Below are positions 48,602 through 60,600 of a stretch of DNA of 64,000 bases, piece after piece. The notes below the pieces were generated by a model. It saw nothing but the letters and a program-made list of their open reading frames with translations, searched no databases and was not told the origin of the DNA. The DNA lies in NCBI GenBank assembly GCA_030141605.1, contig JAQGDQ010000364.1, positions 170,586 through 234,585 of the forward strand, read 5' to 3'. The stretch is from Tubiluchus corallicola. Lineage: Eukaryota; Animalia; Priapulida. Position numbers and translations under genes: made by a program. How positions within the stretch are numbered: the stretch's first letter is position 1; every line of letters begins with the position of its first letter.

Positions 48602-51600
48602 CTGAAAAGAAAGCGTAAATAAACCATTCAGTTTAACACTACATTCTTTTAAGAGAAAGCCACAGCGCAACTCGTATAAATCGCCTTCCCAGGGGCCGGC
48701 GACAATTGAACTTCTGGAAAGCTCACTTTAAACTACACATATGTACTATCTTTATTCGCATATTGTCACATATATGCACTCACAAACACATATAAATAAC
48801 ACAATAATATTTTAATTTCGTTGAGGCTGAGGCCGAGAATTTCGATCATGAGCAGCATAATCATAGGGCAAGAATCGGCATATTATGTGACATGGGTTGC
48901 TATACCCAAGAATTCGGTTTTTCCCAAGCGTAGTAACACAAGTGTGATTGTTTAAAATCGACAGTTTGTTTAAAACAGAATTATCAGACATATCAACACA
49001 TTTTAACAACTTTAGCGTTTGTTTGACAAAGAAATTTATAAGTGGCTTCATAATGGCAATGCATATCATTATGCTGGGATGTGCACTTCTTGGTATTTCC
49101 AAGATTCGTCGTAATGTTTTTCTGAATTCAACAGATAACAGATTTATGTTAAAGGAAAGCCGGACGGTTGTTTAGACTCAATCGCATTTTAATTTACTCT
49201 CCAAGATATACATTTTCTTGCCTATAAAAGTTAACAATTATTTCTTATATTTGAATAATTAGCTTAGAAAGTTAATTAATGGCAAGAGAACACAACTATT
49301 GCTTACGTCAGAAACTAACCATAGTTTGTGCAATGGTAGGCATCTTCCCTTACGTGTCAAGCACATTTGCGTAAGAGTTACAGTACTGCTTAAACATGTG
49401 ATGTTAGGCCCTATGTCATATCACATCAGAAATTAACACTGCAGTTCACGATCGTGGTTATCACAGTACCGCTTTCTATTTGTCGGCCACGAACACGTGA
49501 CCACGCGAATGTGACAAAAAGGCGCCGTTGCCAATCTTAGTAGATTCACTGAGCCGGGCGTAGCTTTGAAAGTTTAACGAAATTTGAGTATCCGAGGTAA
49601 TTACTATTTAATCTAAACTTTGATTTAAAAAAAGCTATTGTGCTTTTCAATATTTTAGAGCATTCTTTATTCTGAAATAGTGTTTACACAATCATCCGGT
49701 TTTCCTTTAAGAACGTTAAATCAAATATTGAAGTACTATAGTAAGACATAGAGAAACTCGGATATAGTTTTAGTAATACCCGCTTATTGATAACTTGTTT
49801 AGAGAAGCAGAGTCACTTACAAATAAGCGTCACTTATCTTAACTGAGAAACACTTTGGGAAATGGACAGCGTGACCGTCTGAACCTCTGAAGTTAAAGCG
49901 AAAAAATAATGCCTGTCAATTCAACAAATTTTCCCGAACAGTGCTGCAGCTCTGGTGGATAAACTAATCCTAACCAGACATTGGCATACCAGTCTACAAG
50001 CAAGATGGTTTGGCCTTGTGATAACGCGTCCACGTTCGTTCTGGGAGGTCGAGAGTTCAATACAGCAGCCAGTCATACCAAAGACTTTAAAAATGGTACC
50101 AGCTGTTGCCCTGCCTGCCGTGTGGCATTTAGGGTAAAAATGGGGTAATAATAATCTCTGTTACGAAGTTGTAGGTTGTTATATACAGTCGGTGATAATA
50201 GCTCTTTCAGCTAATGTTAATTGTTCATCCAAAAGCCAACTTTAAGTTAAGATTACTACTATATTATTTTATTGTCAGTCTACAGGCAAAATCCGTATTC
50301 CTGCAAAACACGTAATGCTGGAAATTTTACTGTAGCTTGCATTCGAAACAGTTCCTACGCATAATTAAATTTATAGCGCTGATCATAATAGAGAAATGTG
50401 AAACTTCAATACCTATTAAAACAACTGTCCCCCTTCGTACTCCCTCCTGCTCACGCTTGTCCTTCTCGTACTCGTAGGGCGGTGGAGTCGACGGCGGCCG
50501 TAATTCCACAATTTCCGGAGCGTGTGTGTAAGGCTCGATATTGCATTTAGATTGGCGAAGCGTCCCGTTTATCTGCAAAGTAACCACAGTAAGGTCAGAA
50601 AAAAGGCAGGTACAGCATCACTAAATCACTTCCCTAGAGACATGTGGTAATTTAGGGAAGATGGGGGGGGGGAGTGATAGTAAATCCAGCATTTGAACAC
50701 TTTGCAATTATAGCGTTAGAAAGGCAGGTTTTGTGCCGCAAAATTTAAAGTGTAGTCAAGTATAAAAATTTTCAGATTGTAAGTAATTAGGGGATTTTTC
50801 CTCTTTGTGTTTCTGTTTCAATATTTTTCTGTCATGCCTTTCATGCTGTCAACTCATCAGTTAATTGTAAGGTTTTGCAAACAAGCATAAAACTCAATAT
50901 ACCAGCATTTTTTTTCAAAATGCTAAAGATTATCATGATTCTCCGCAAAGCTTCCTTTACAACTCATCACCGTGATGTTGTGTGGACGTCTTAGAAAACA
51001 AAGAAATCTTGGTGAAAGATGCTAAAACTGCTTCAATGCACAAAAATGCTTGTTTTAACCCTTTCAACAGCCCAAGTTTAACAGTTTTTTGCAACTCGGC
51101 CATATATTATCACTGCAACGGTTTACGAGTCGCAGTTCCAGAATAACAATGCAAACTTACATTGATGTGAACGTTTGGTAAAGGTGGCTCGTAGAAAATG
51201 GCTTTCAACGGGTATTGATCATCAAACGACATTCTGCTGATGCATCCGCGGAATCCATCACCCGGTCCCATCGTTTCTATAGCAACGAAAAACAGTATTT
51301 AGCCCAACTTATAACTGTACGAAATGTGAGGTAAATTCCCAATGAATATCATGGTAACATAATATCTCGACATCACTATTTGTTAAATTTAAGAGACAGG
51401 GTGAGGGAACATTTAAATGGTCATGCTATGCAATTCACGACTAAAGTTAGGCATCGTCGAAAGTGGTTAATGAATGGATGGGTCACCACAATGATTCTGT
51501 CCGTTTACCTTGCTGCAAAAGGACATGCTTAACGCATCTCTGTTAGCTTAGTTTTCCATCTTAGAAGATCGGCATTGGAAATGAGCAAGGCCCCAGTCTT

Positions 51601-54600
51601 GCCACAACCAACAACATTAAGTAGAGCATTGAACAGCCTGCTTGTCGAAAATTCTGCACAAAAAGCAATTTCACGTGTTCCGCTTGAGCATTGCTTGCAA
51701 ATCTTGATTAAAATTTCTGCGTTTAGTTTGCAGAATGTTTGTTTACCGTTTCTTCCGACGTAAATGGATGCCAGCTGATTGAACTTCGTGTCTTGACTTG
51801 CGGCGAGCTTGAACGGAAAAATTCTCTCTTCGTAATCATCAATCTGCAAGAAAAAACGCAGCGTATGCTAAAATAACGGAATCATACGACTTGCTTTCAG
51901 GATGAAATACCGTATTTTCCCGTGTATAAGAGACCCTTGTGTATAAGAGACCCCTTCAATTTTTAGGCAAAAATTCTGGAAAAAAGTTTTTTCAGACGGA
52001 CATTTTTAGAGGGTAGAGTACAACTTTTTTCAACTCAGTGCGGTACTGAAAACAAAATAAAACCAGTTAATGTGTTGTAGAAAAAGAGTACTGGTATATA
52101 TTAAAGTGCGTACCTGCAAACCTGTAGCAGGAAAAGAGAAAACGAGGAGATAATGCCTGTGTCACGATGCTTGTATTGCTTACAACCGCTTCATAGTCGA
52201 ACGCGACACGCAAAACAGTTGTAGAGCACTTATTTCTTTAAAATCATTAGTGTCACAATTTATGCATCTTATTGAAAAGACTTACTCCCATGTATAAGAG
52301 ACCCCTTATTTTTAAAGTGAAAATTCTGAGCAAAAAAGGGTCTCTTATACACGGGAAAATACGGTAAATAAACATACGCGAAAGTTACCTACAGGATGCT
52401 TGGAAATGATGCACTACACGCGCAAGTAGGTAGGCAAGTAAATCTAAACAATTATTTTCTAAATTTTGATGATCATATCTAAGTTAGTGGTAACTGGTGA
52501 ACTGTGTGAAATTGTTCTCATTACTAGATCCGTGTTTGTATTTAGTGGTTAAATTGTTGTATGGTAAAGCTTTAAAGATAGACAGGATGATTTTTCATAT
52601 ACTACCCCATTTTCAATTCCGATAAAAAGTATACATTTTAACACAATTAAATACTGCAAGATCATTTTTGATAATTACATAATAAATTAAAAACTTAATT
52701 AATGGCGGGCGAGCCCAACTATTGATGACATCACAAACTAACATAATTTTCAACAGCAAAAATATTCCACGAGCGTGTTGCACGTGTTTGCAAAAATGAA
52801 AATTGAGGTTCAGTGCTGCTGTAAGATATTCAGTCTGTTGTACTAAAACTAGCCAAGTTTTAAGATAAAAATTCAAAATCAAGTTAACCAATGTGGTGTC
52901 GAACGTGTGTAGTGTGTAGCTAACATCTGGACTGAGAGGTACAGCACCTGTTTTTTGTGCAACGCTTTCCGAAATGCAGGCGCTACTACCCATCTAACTA
53001 TCGAATGGCGAAATGAATGTAACATGGAAGAACTAGAGGCGCAAATGCGAAATTGTGTTTGTGTGATAAATAATTCTTTCACGTAAGTCATTTTTGAAAA
53101 AAACAGTATGTTTCCTTTCAATATTTTAGTGAGTAGATTGTTTTGACTTACAGTTTAAGATTGGGTCCGATTTTGCCTTAAGCATTCTAAAAGCAGCCCT
53201 AATTTCAAAAGCTACTTTGTATAGGCCTAATCGATAAAACCAGTTTTTAAACAAAACTATAATAGTATAGTTGTTCAGTTGCTAGAGTTTTCATTGACTT
53301 ATTTAGTCATGTATAAGAAATACAGCACTGCCACACTGTTGTGCATTGACGCGACTCGTGTATCGATGACACATCGTCGTTTCGGTGCTGCTACATTCTA
53401 AAAAAGCATGGCACGTCATCATCATCATCATCATCATCATCACATCACAATAGGAAGAAGAGACTCTTGAGGTAATCTTAGTGGATGCCCAATCCAATGC
53501 AATCTTCTTACTTGTATTTGTTTCCTCACCACATCATGCAGATCATCATCATCCTCATCATCACGATAGGAAGAAGAGACTCTTGAGATAATCTTAGTGC
53601 ACGCCCAATCCAATGCAATCTTCTTACTTGTATTTGTTTCCTCCAAGGATTCTTCTTCACCACACCATACAGATCATCATTGGATATTCTGTCAGGCCAT
53701 ATAACTGTGAGTCATTTTATAACAGACGTCTTTGAAAAGCGTCAATTTCCTTCTGCTGTTCAACTTCCATTGTCCATAGCTCAGCATTGCGCAAAAACAC
53801 AGGTTCAACTAAAGTTGAAAGAACCCGGACTTTGGTTTCAAGAGAAAGTCTATTGTTTTCAGAAACCATTGTGAGATCTGAATAAGCAGACAATCCTGGA
53901 ATTTTCATCCTTTGTATGTCAGTTTTGGTGTCTAACAAATTACTAAGGTATTTACATCTTTTTCATGAATCATTGCCTCCTCTTCGGTATTCTTCGGTTT
54001 TTGTTTTGTTGACTTCAAAATTATATTTTTCTAAACGGCGGCTGATCGTACATGTTGCACCTCGTAGTTCCTATATATTAGTTGTAATATGGCGACGGCG
54101 CATTACATTCTTCGAAGAAGCCTTTTCGTAGTTTCATTGTACGCATGCGCATTTCCTGTAGGTCAAAGGCTTAGTGTACCACAGCAATGTGTCTTAACTA
54201 CAATCGTCACGTGACACGTGGGTAAAGAAAGCTGTCTGCTGCATCAGTTCAATAACTCCAGTTGTTTTGTGCACTTATTATTAATTATGCATTAGTGTGC
54301 TCGTAGAGTGATTTACTAGCAGAAACTTGATTGGAAATAAGAAAAAATGTTCTAGCTAGCTGTTAAAACTGTTACTATTACAACAGCATGGGATGCGAGG
54401 CGTTGTCAAGCGCATACAAATGCGTTGTTTGGTGCACTTAACCTTTGACATTTCCACGATCATCAGCAATCGCTGGAACTGTGAAAAAGCTTATTATCAT
54501 AGAGAAACACAAAGCAAAAGGAGCACCCCTACAAAAGAGTTACCTAAATGGGACAAACTTTAATTGCGTACCTTATACACTAATGTTGCCCCTTCATCCC

Positions 54601-57600
54601 TCCTGTAGAAGATGACGTCATGATGCTGACCGTTTGCAACAATTCGCTCATCGTTAATTTCTTCAGCATCCCAACCGTAGAAAAACCGGAACTTCAGGCC
54701 ACCTGGACAAAAACGATAGTCAACGATAACCAGCAGGTTAGTAGAGTTTCAGTTAAAAAGGTAATTTGAGAAGGTGGTTATATACATAATAATGAAATTT
54801 GACATTCTGTGTCAGGAAAACGAGATTAATCATTGATAAAATATCAAAGACTCAGTACACAAAATTATACAGGCAATAGAAAGAATTGAAATGGGTAACG
54901 TAATTTAAGTTACATGAAGAGAGGAGGATGAGGATGCAAATTAGCCTAATATAATTTGTTTTCATTGGTACACGATCAAAAAATTGAACCAGACATGCTG
55001 AGTTCAAATCTTGAATTGAACGTAAATAGGTGTTGTTACATTTTTTCCCAATATTACACACAGTCAATCTTGGGTATAAGGTCCTCGCTTATAAGGAACC
55101 ACCAAAACTGGTCCCGATTTTTTGTAACGTTTTTCCTATGTAAAAATCTTCGTGTATAAGGTACTCGCTTATAAGGGACTTTCGGATATAAGGAACGATA
55201 TCTTCAGGTCCCACATAATAGAAACCCAGGTAAATCATGTCGCATATAAGGGACCCCATGATTAAGACGAAATTGATCAATTTTTAACCTCAATTTTTCG
55301 CAAACTCGGCCTTCGAACAGCTCGGTTTCCACAGTCACATACATCTCACATCACAGAAGAAGCTTCCTACGTACCGTTTGCACTGAATGTGCAGCAATAA
55401 TCCATAAAAATATGAGTAAGAGTACAGAAAAGTACAGGCCTAGATACACCCTCGGTCTGACTCAACTTCAGCTATAAGGGACATCGGATATAAAGGACGA
55501 TTTTTTCCAGTCCCGGAGGTGTCCCTTATATCTGAGGTTGACTGTATGTCAGATCATCAGACCGTTATTATATGCGAGACTAATATTGTAAGCACAATGT
55601 GAGATAGTTTGAAAACATGCAAACGCACGTAACAGCTTTTTGTTTTCAAACTCAATTTGCCATTTTTTATAAGTTCTACCACGGTGCGAGTCAGAATCCA
55701 GCATTCAACAGCAGGAAAAATTCAGCACGGTATTTGTGGTGAGACGGGAACCTAGCTCATTATCGAGGATATCTCTCTGACATAAACGAGGTAGAGGCAT
55801 CTTAGCCCCATTCAGATGTATATCACTATATGTTAAATATGTGATGTGTAAAATTCAAGACTTTTAAAAAATTCCTCGGCATTTCCGGAAGTGTGAAATA
55901 AATCTTTTTGCTGCAGTTCTTTCACACTTTAAACGGTTTGTATAAAAGCTGCGATCTATACAGAATAATAAAGTGACCTTTGTAAAGTGACGTTAATGGA
56001 TGCTTTTGGTTTTTATTTACTTTATTTACTTAAAATTGTCTATTTTATTGATAACTTTTAAGCAAACTTAACAGTGTAAACAATATTAATTTAAAACAAG
56101 CATGATTTTATTGGTGCTAAAAATTTTACAGTAAATAACTGTGCATATGTTTTTTTGGCTGATAGTAATATATTTAAAACATATGCTGCTTTTTCTCTAC
56201 TAATAATTCGGAAACTTTATCGAAATAGTAGCTCTTAAAACTATATGTGTGTGCTTGCATAGCAAAATCATCCATAAATGGGCAATTAAGCTTTTCTAGT
56301 TATTCACATATCCTGAATCTCTATTTCATGAGGATCATTTTGATACCAAGCTCATCACTCTATGTTATTTCTAAGCTGTGATAATCCACATTGAAGATGA
56401 GGTGCAGAGGCTACTCACTAAAAAACATAACTTTGAGAAAATCTCTGTTAAAATTAGCCATTGTTTTTTTTGTTGCGTTTCTTCAAAACACTTAGCAACC
56501 GCACAAATGCTGGTTGCTTTGGACTTTGCAAGATCACATTGAAGTTATGGTTAAATCCAGTAGATGGCTCTTACTGACGAAGATCTGGGCAAGCAGATCT
56601 GGGCAGCTTGGCAATCAGGGGCGTATTAGCCAATAGGCTAACTTTGAGGGCATTACATTTTAGAAAAAAATTGTTATTCTACCCAGCAGGCGAACAAACT
56701 GCATAGAGTGAGTATAGAACCCAGGCTGTCATTCACACAAAGCGCACGTCTGACCACTCAGTTATGTTTTCAACACACAAATTACATATCTCACCATTCT
56801 GCTGCAATTCCATTGAGAACACGTCTTTGCCGGTCGACCGGACTTGCATCAGCAATCCTTTACGATCCACAGAAGAAAAGCCAACGTGAATTCGCTCAGT
56901 TACGGTCGTGCGCATGCCCCGGTCCGGAAAGTCGAAGCGGATCATGTCGCTGGGATGAAGATCAATGCCAATATCTAGAGGAAAATAGCTATGCATTTAC
57001 AAACGACACAACAAACAAACAAATTAGAGTTGAATAAATAAACAACAGGTACACAACTGTTTTGTATTACTTGCTTATGAAGTATCGCTACAAAGCAAGT
57101 AACAGACACGTCAGTAATTTTTGAGCCTTAAGATTTTGTCTTGATTCCCCTGCTCCATGGGCTTTAAACAGTTGGTGTTATTGGTGTAGTTTGATTATAG
57201 GAGCACGTTTTGGTTGTCTATAGCGAGAATGAAAATGCATGGCTATTTGATTTGCTGTTAGTTTACTTTAACCATAACTAGTTGGTGATCTCAAGACTAA
57301 GAGCAATGCTGCGAGTACCATAATTACATTTAGCTTAGTAACTTGTATACATAATTAGAAATGATTGTCTCAGGATGTGTGGCAGGAAGTGCAAATTTTC
57401 TGGAAAAGGTTTCTGTAGATTTAGTGAGGATTTGTTTATGTTTGCTGACATGTGTGCAGATGTGTATGAATGCGGATTGCAGAATAAGGGTGTCACAGTT
57501 GATTATTTGATTAGTTTGTGTCGGCAGTATTAATGTTACCTTCTGTACCTTTTTATATTGTATTTTCCATTACCACTGCTTCATTTTGATATTGTAATGT

Positions 57601-60600
57601 GACATTGTACCAGGTATAATGTGACATTGTACCAGGTATAATGTGACATTGTACCAGGTATAATGTGACATTGTACCAGGTATAATGTGAATTGTACCAG
57701 GTATAATGTGACATTGTACCAGGTATAATGTGACATTGTACCAGGTATAATGTGACATTGTACCAGGTATATTAGGCTACACAGGTTAATATATTGATAG
57801 TGTGTCAGACAACTGAAAGTATGTTTACTCTAGATTTTTTGTGTAGTTTGTTTGTTATTAGTTCTTTATTTGTTTTTTTTAGAATAAACAACTACACAAC
57901 CCTGAACCTGATATTTTCATGCATGTGCTACAAAGCATTCAGTGTTCCCTCACTTATCGCGAGTGTTCCGTTCCAGGCCCCCCGCGATAAGTGAATTTCC
58001 ACGAAGTAGGGACGCTATACTTATTTTAGTAGTTATACATCATTTTAAGTCTTTATAAACCCTCCCCACACTCTTATACATAACCCTTTCCCATTCCCTT
58101 AATAACTTTCCCATACTTTTCTTAAATGTTCATAAAAATGTTTTCATCGTGTGTTGTGTACAATCTCACGTCAGCAAGTAGTATCTCAAGCAGGCACAAG
58201 TACTACATTTCGTTTTTGGTGTGTATTCATCTGCTAAATAAATACACTATTTACTGTAAATGGTAATTTTTTATGATTTCTTAGATTTAAATTTTTAATA
58301 TATTTTTATACATTTTGTGATTTTTTATGCAAAATTCATCAAATCTATACATTACTGTACAATATGTACTACGCATGTGCAAAAATACTTTAGATGGAGT
58401 ACCGCAAAAACCCGCGATACAGCGAAAATACTGCGATAAATATTTTGCAATAATATTTTTGAAAACCCGCGAAACAGCGAGTCCGTAATAAACGAACCGT
58501 GAAGTAGCGAGGGAACACTGTATTTCGCTATCCTAGTATCATTCATGTAATGCAATACTCTGTTGTTTATGTATCTGTTAACAGTTAACACAAGGAACAG
58601 TATGCAAAAACTATGTAGAATGATCGCGCACTAAAGATCAGTAGTAGGCAGATTTATTAAAGATTGTCATTTCATGGACTTTCAATATATTTCAAATTAT
58701 CTTTGTTGTTGCCGTTGTTTTATGGAATTGTGTAGGTTGCCTGGAGTAGATATGTGATATTATTTTTTTAATATTGTGACATCACAATACAGCACTATTG
58801 CTGGAAAAGTGCACGTGTGCATGTGCGTGTACGAGTGCATGTGCATGTGCGGTAAGCGAACAATCCAACAATTCGATTTCTGACAACAGTAGTGCAAAAA
58901 GTGGATTTAAAAACACTTGTGTAAATTCGAATTTTTTCTTCTTTGTTCAGCGACAAACTAGTAATAATTTTTGTGCACATATTAAATATTTCCAAAGCTT
59001 AAAATAAAATTGATAAATTTAAGAAATTTTTGTTGCATCATAAGAACATAAATGACGTGCTATAGGTCCAAAGGCATCGCGGTTCAAATCCAGTCTAGGT
59101 AAATCTTCTAGCACTTGTTTTACCATTCTTTTTACATTTTGCTGACATAACTAAAGATACTTCACTTACCGTCGGTACAGATCGGACCACGAAACGCTGT
59201 GTAGGCACAATCACACTCGAAATGAGAATACCGTTCCAAGCACGTCCCATTGTTTAAACATGGATTGCTGGCACACTTCGGCACGTCTCCTGGGCTCACG
59301 CCGTACAATCCCTCCTCGGCAAACCCTCGCAAGTTCTGGAGCACACCGTTGACCATGAGGCCTCGTATCACGCCCACAAAACCATCTTCATATGACACGC
59401 TTGCACCTATGAGCATTAAATACAAGAACACGTCGCAATAACGGTACAACAAATGCTGAGCTAATGCTTGGTTCACACTAGAGAACAACTAAAAGTGGAC
59501 AGGCTCTGGATGGACAAACTCCCGAGTCTTTTCTCATCAGATTTCAAAACTGGACCATTAATTTCGCTTGTGCAAACTGACTTCAAAACAAGACTTGGAT
59601 TAGCGGCACATAATGTCGCCAACATCATCTCTTACCAGATGCTGTTCTTATTGTTCTCGAACGCGTGCACTACACGACAACTGAACACTTCTGAACAGGC
59701 ACAGTAACTGTTTTTTGTGCAATGCATTTCACAGACACAGGCACTAGTGCCCATCTAACTAGCGAATGGCAAAATACGTGTAACAGCGAAGAGCTAGTAG
59801 CGCAAATGCAAAATTATGAGTGTATTGTATAATAAAACTACATGGCAAGCTGTAGTGATCAACAAAATGTTCTGGGTTCTCATACCTACTACAAAGTCGC
59901 TAGTGAGGTAGAAATCACGATATGTCGCAGCCGACTCTCGAAGCTGCGTCGGACGGAAATTATCGACCAGCAAACGCGCCTCCTTTCTGTTGCGTTCAGC
60001 GAGCACCGTGTGCCATACATCATTGTCCAACCGCTCCGGAGTCCGCACGGAGAGGACCTGAATGGAGGTGCCAGCGTTGTAGAGAAACTGTATCTCCTGC
60101 TCACCTATAGTAAACAAAATTTATTTTTATAATACAGGGATGATGAAAGGAGAAAGACTGCTTTGTCTTGGTTTACTACTATTATTATTATTACGATCTA
60201 TTTGTACTCGAGTAAAGTGCAGAAGTATTAAAAGTAGTCAGTAAATATAGAAATAATAATACAACATCGGTTAAATGTATCAGGTTAGTTAAAAGCATGT
60301 AAATACAATTTATAATGATCTGTGATCTGTTCTTAGTAATCATAGTTAAGCAACACCTAGTCCGGAATGAGTGACCACCATAAAAATTAGTTCTGGGTAG
60401 TTTTGTGTGTTTCTCTGCTGCTATTTATATCTGCTTCTCGTACATTTAAAATTTACAGTTACAGTCAACCTTGGATATAAGGGACACCTCGGGACTGGAA
60501 AACACCGTAGCAAATACAGATACACAAAAATAGGTAAGTAATGAAGATTAGCAAACACAGATATACAAAAATACGTAAGTAATAAAGATTAGTAAATACA

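Noticed and set aside
59075-59100. GGTTCAAATCC B-box as a tRNA gene
   Set aside because: No cloverleaf or matching acceptor stem is visible; probably a SINE remnant.
56708-60132. Plus-strand ORFs at 56708, 59250, 59842 and 59922
   Set aside because: They are antisense shadows of GC-richer Nrx-IV exons with no independent coding signal.
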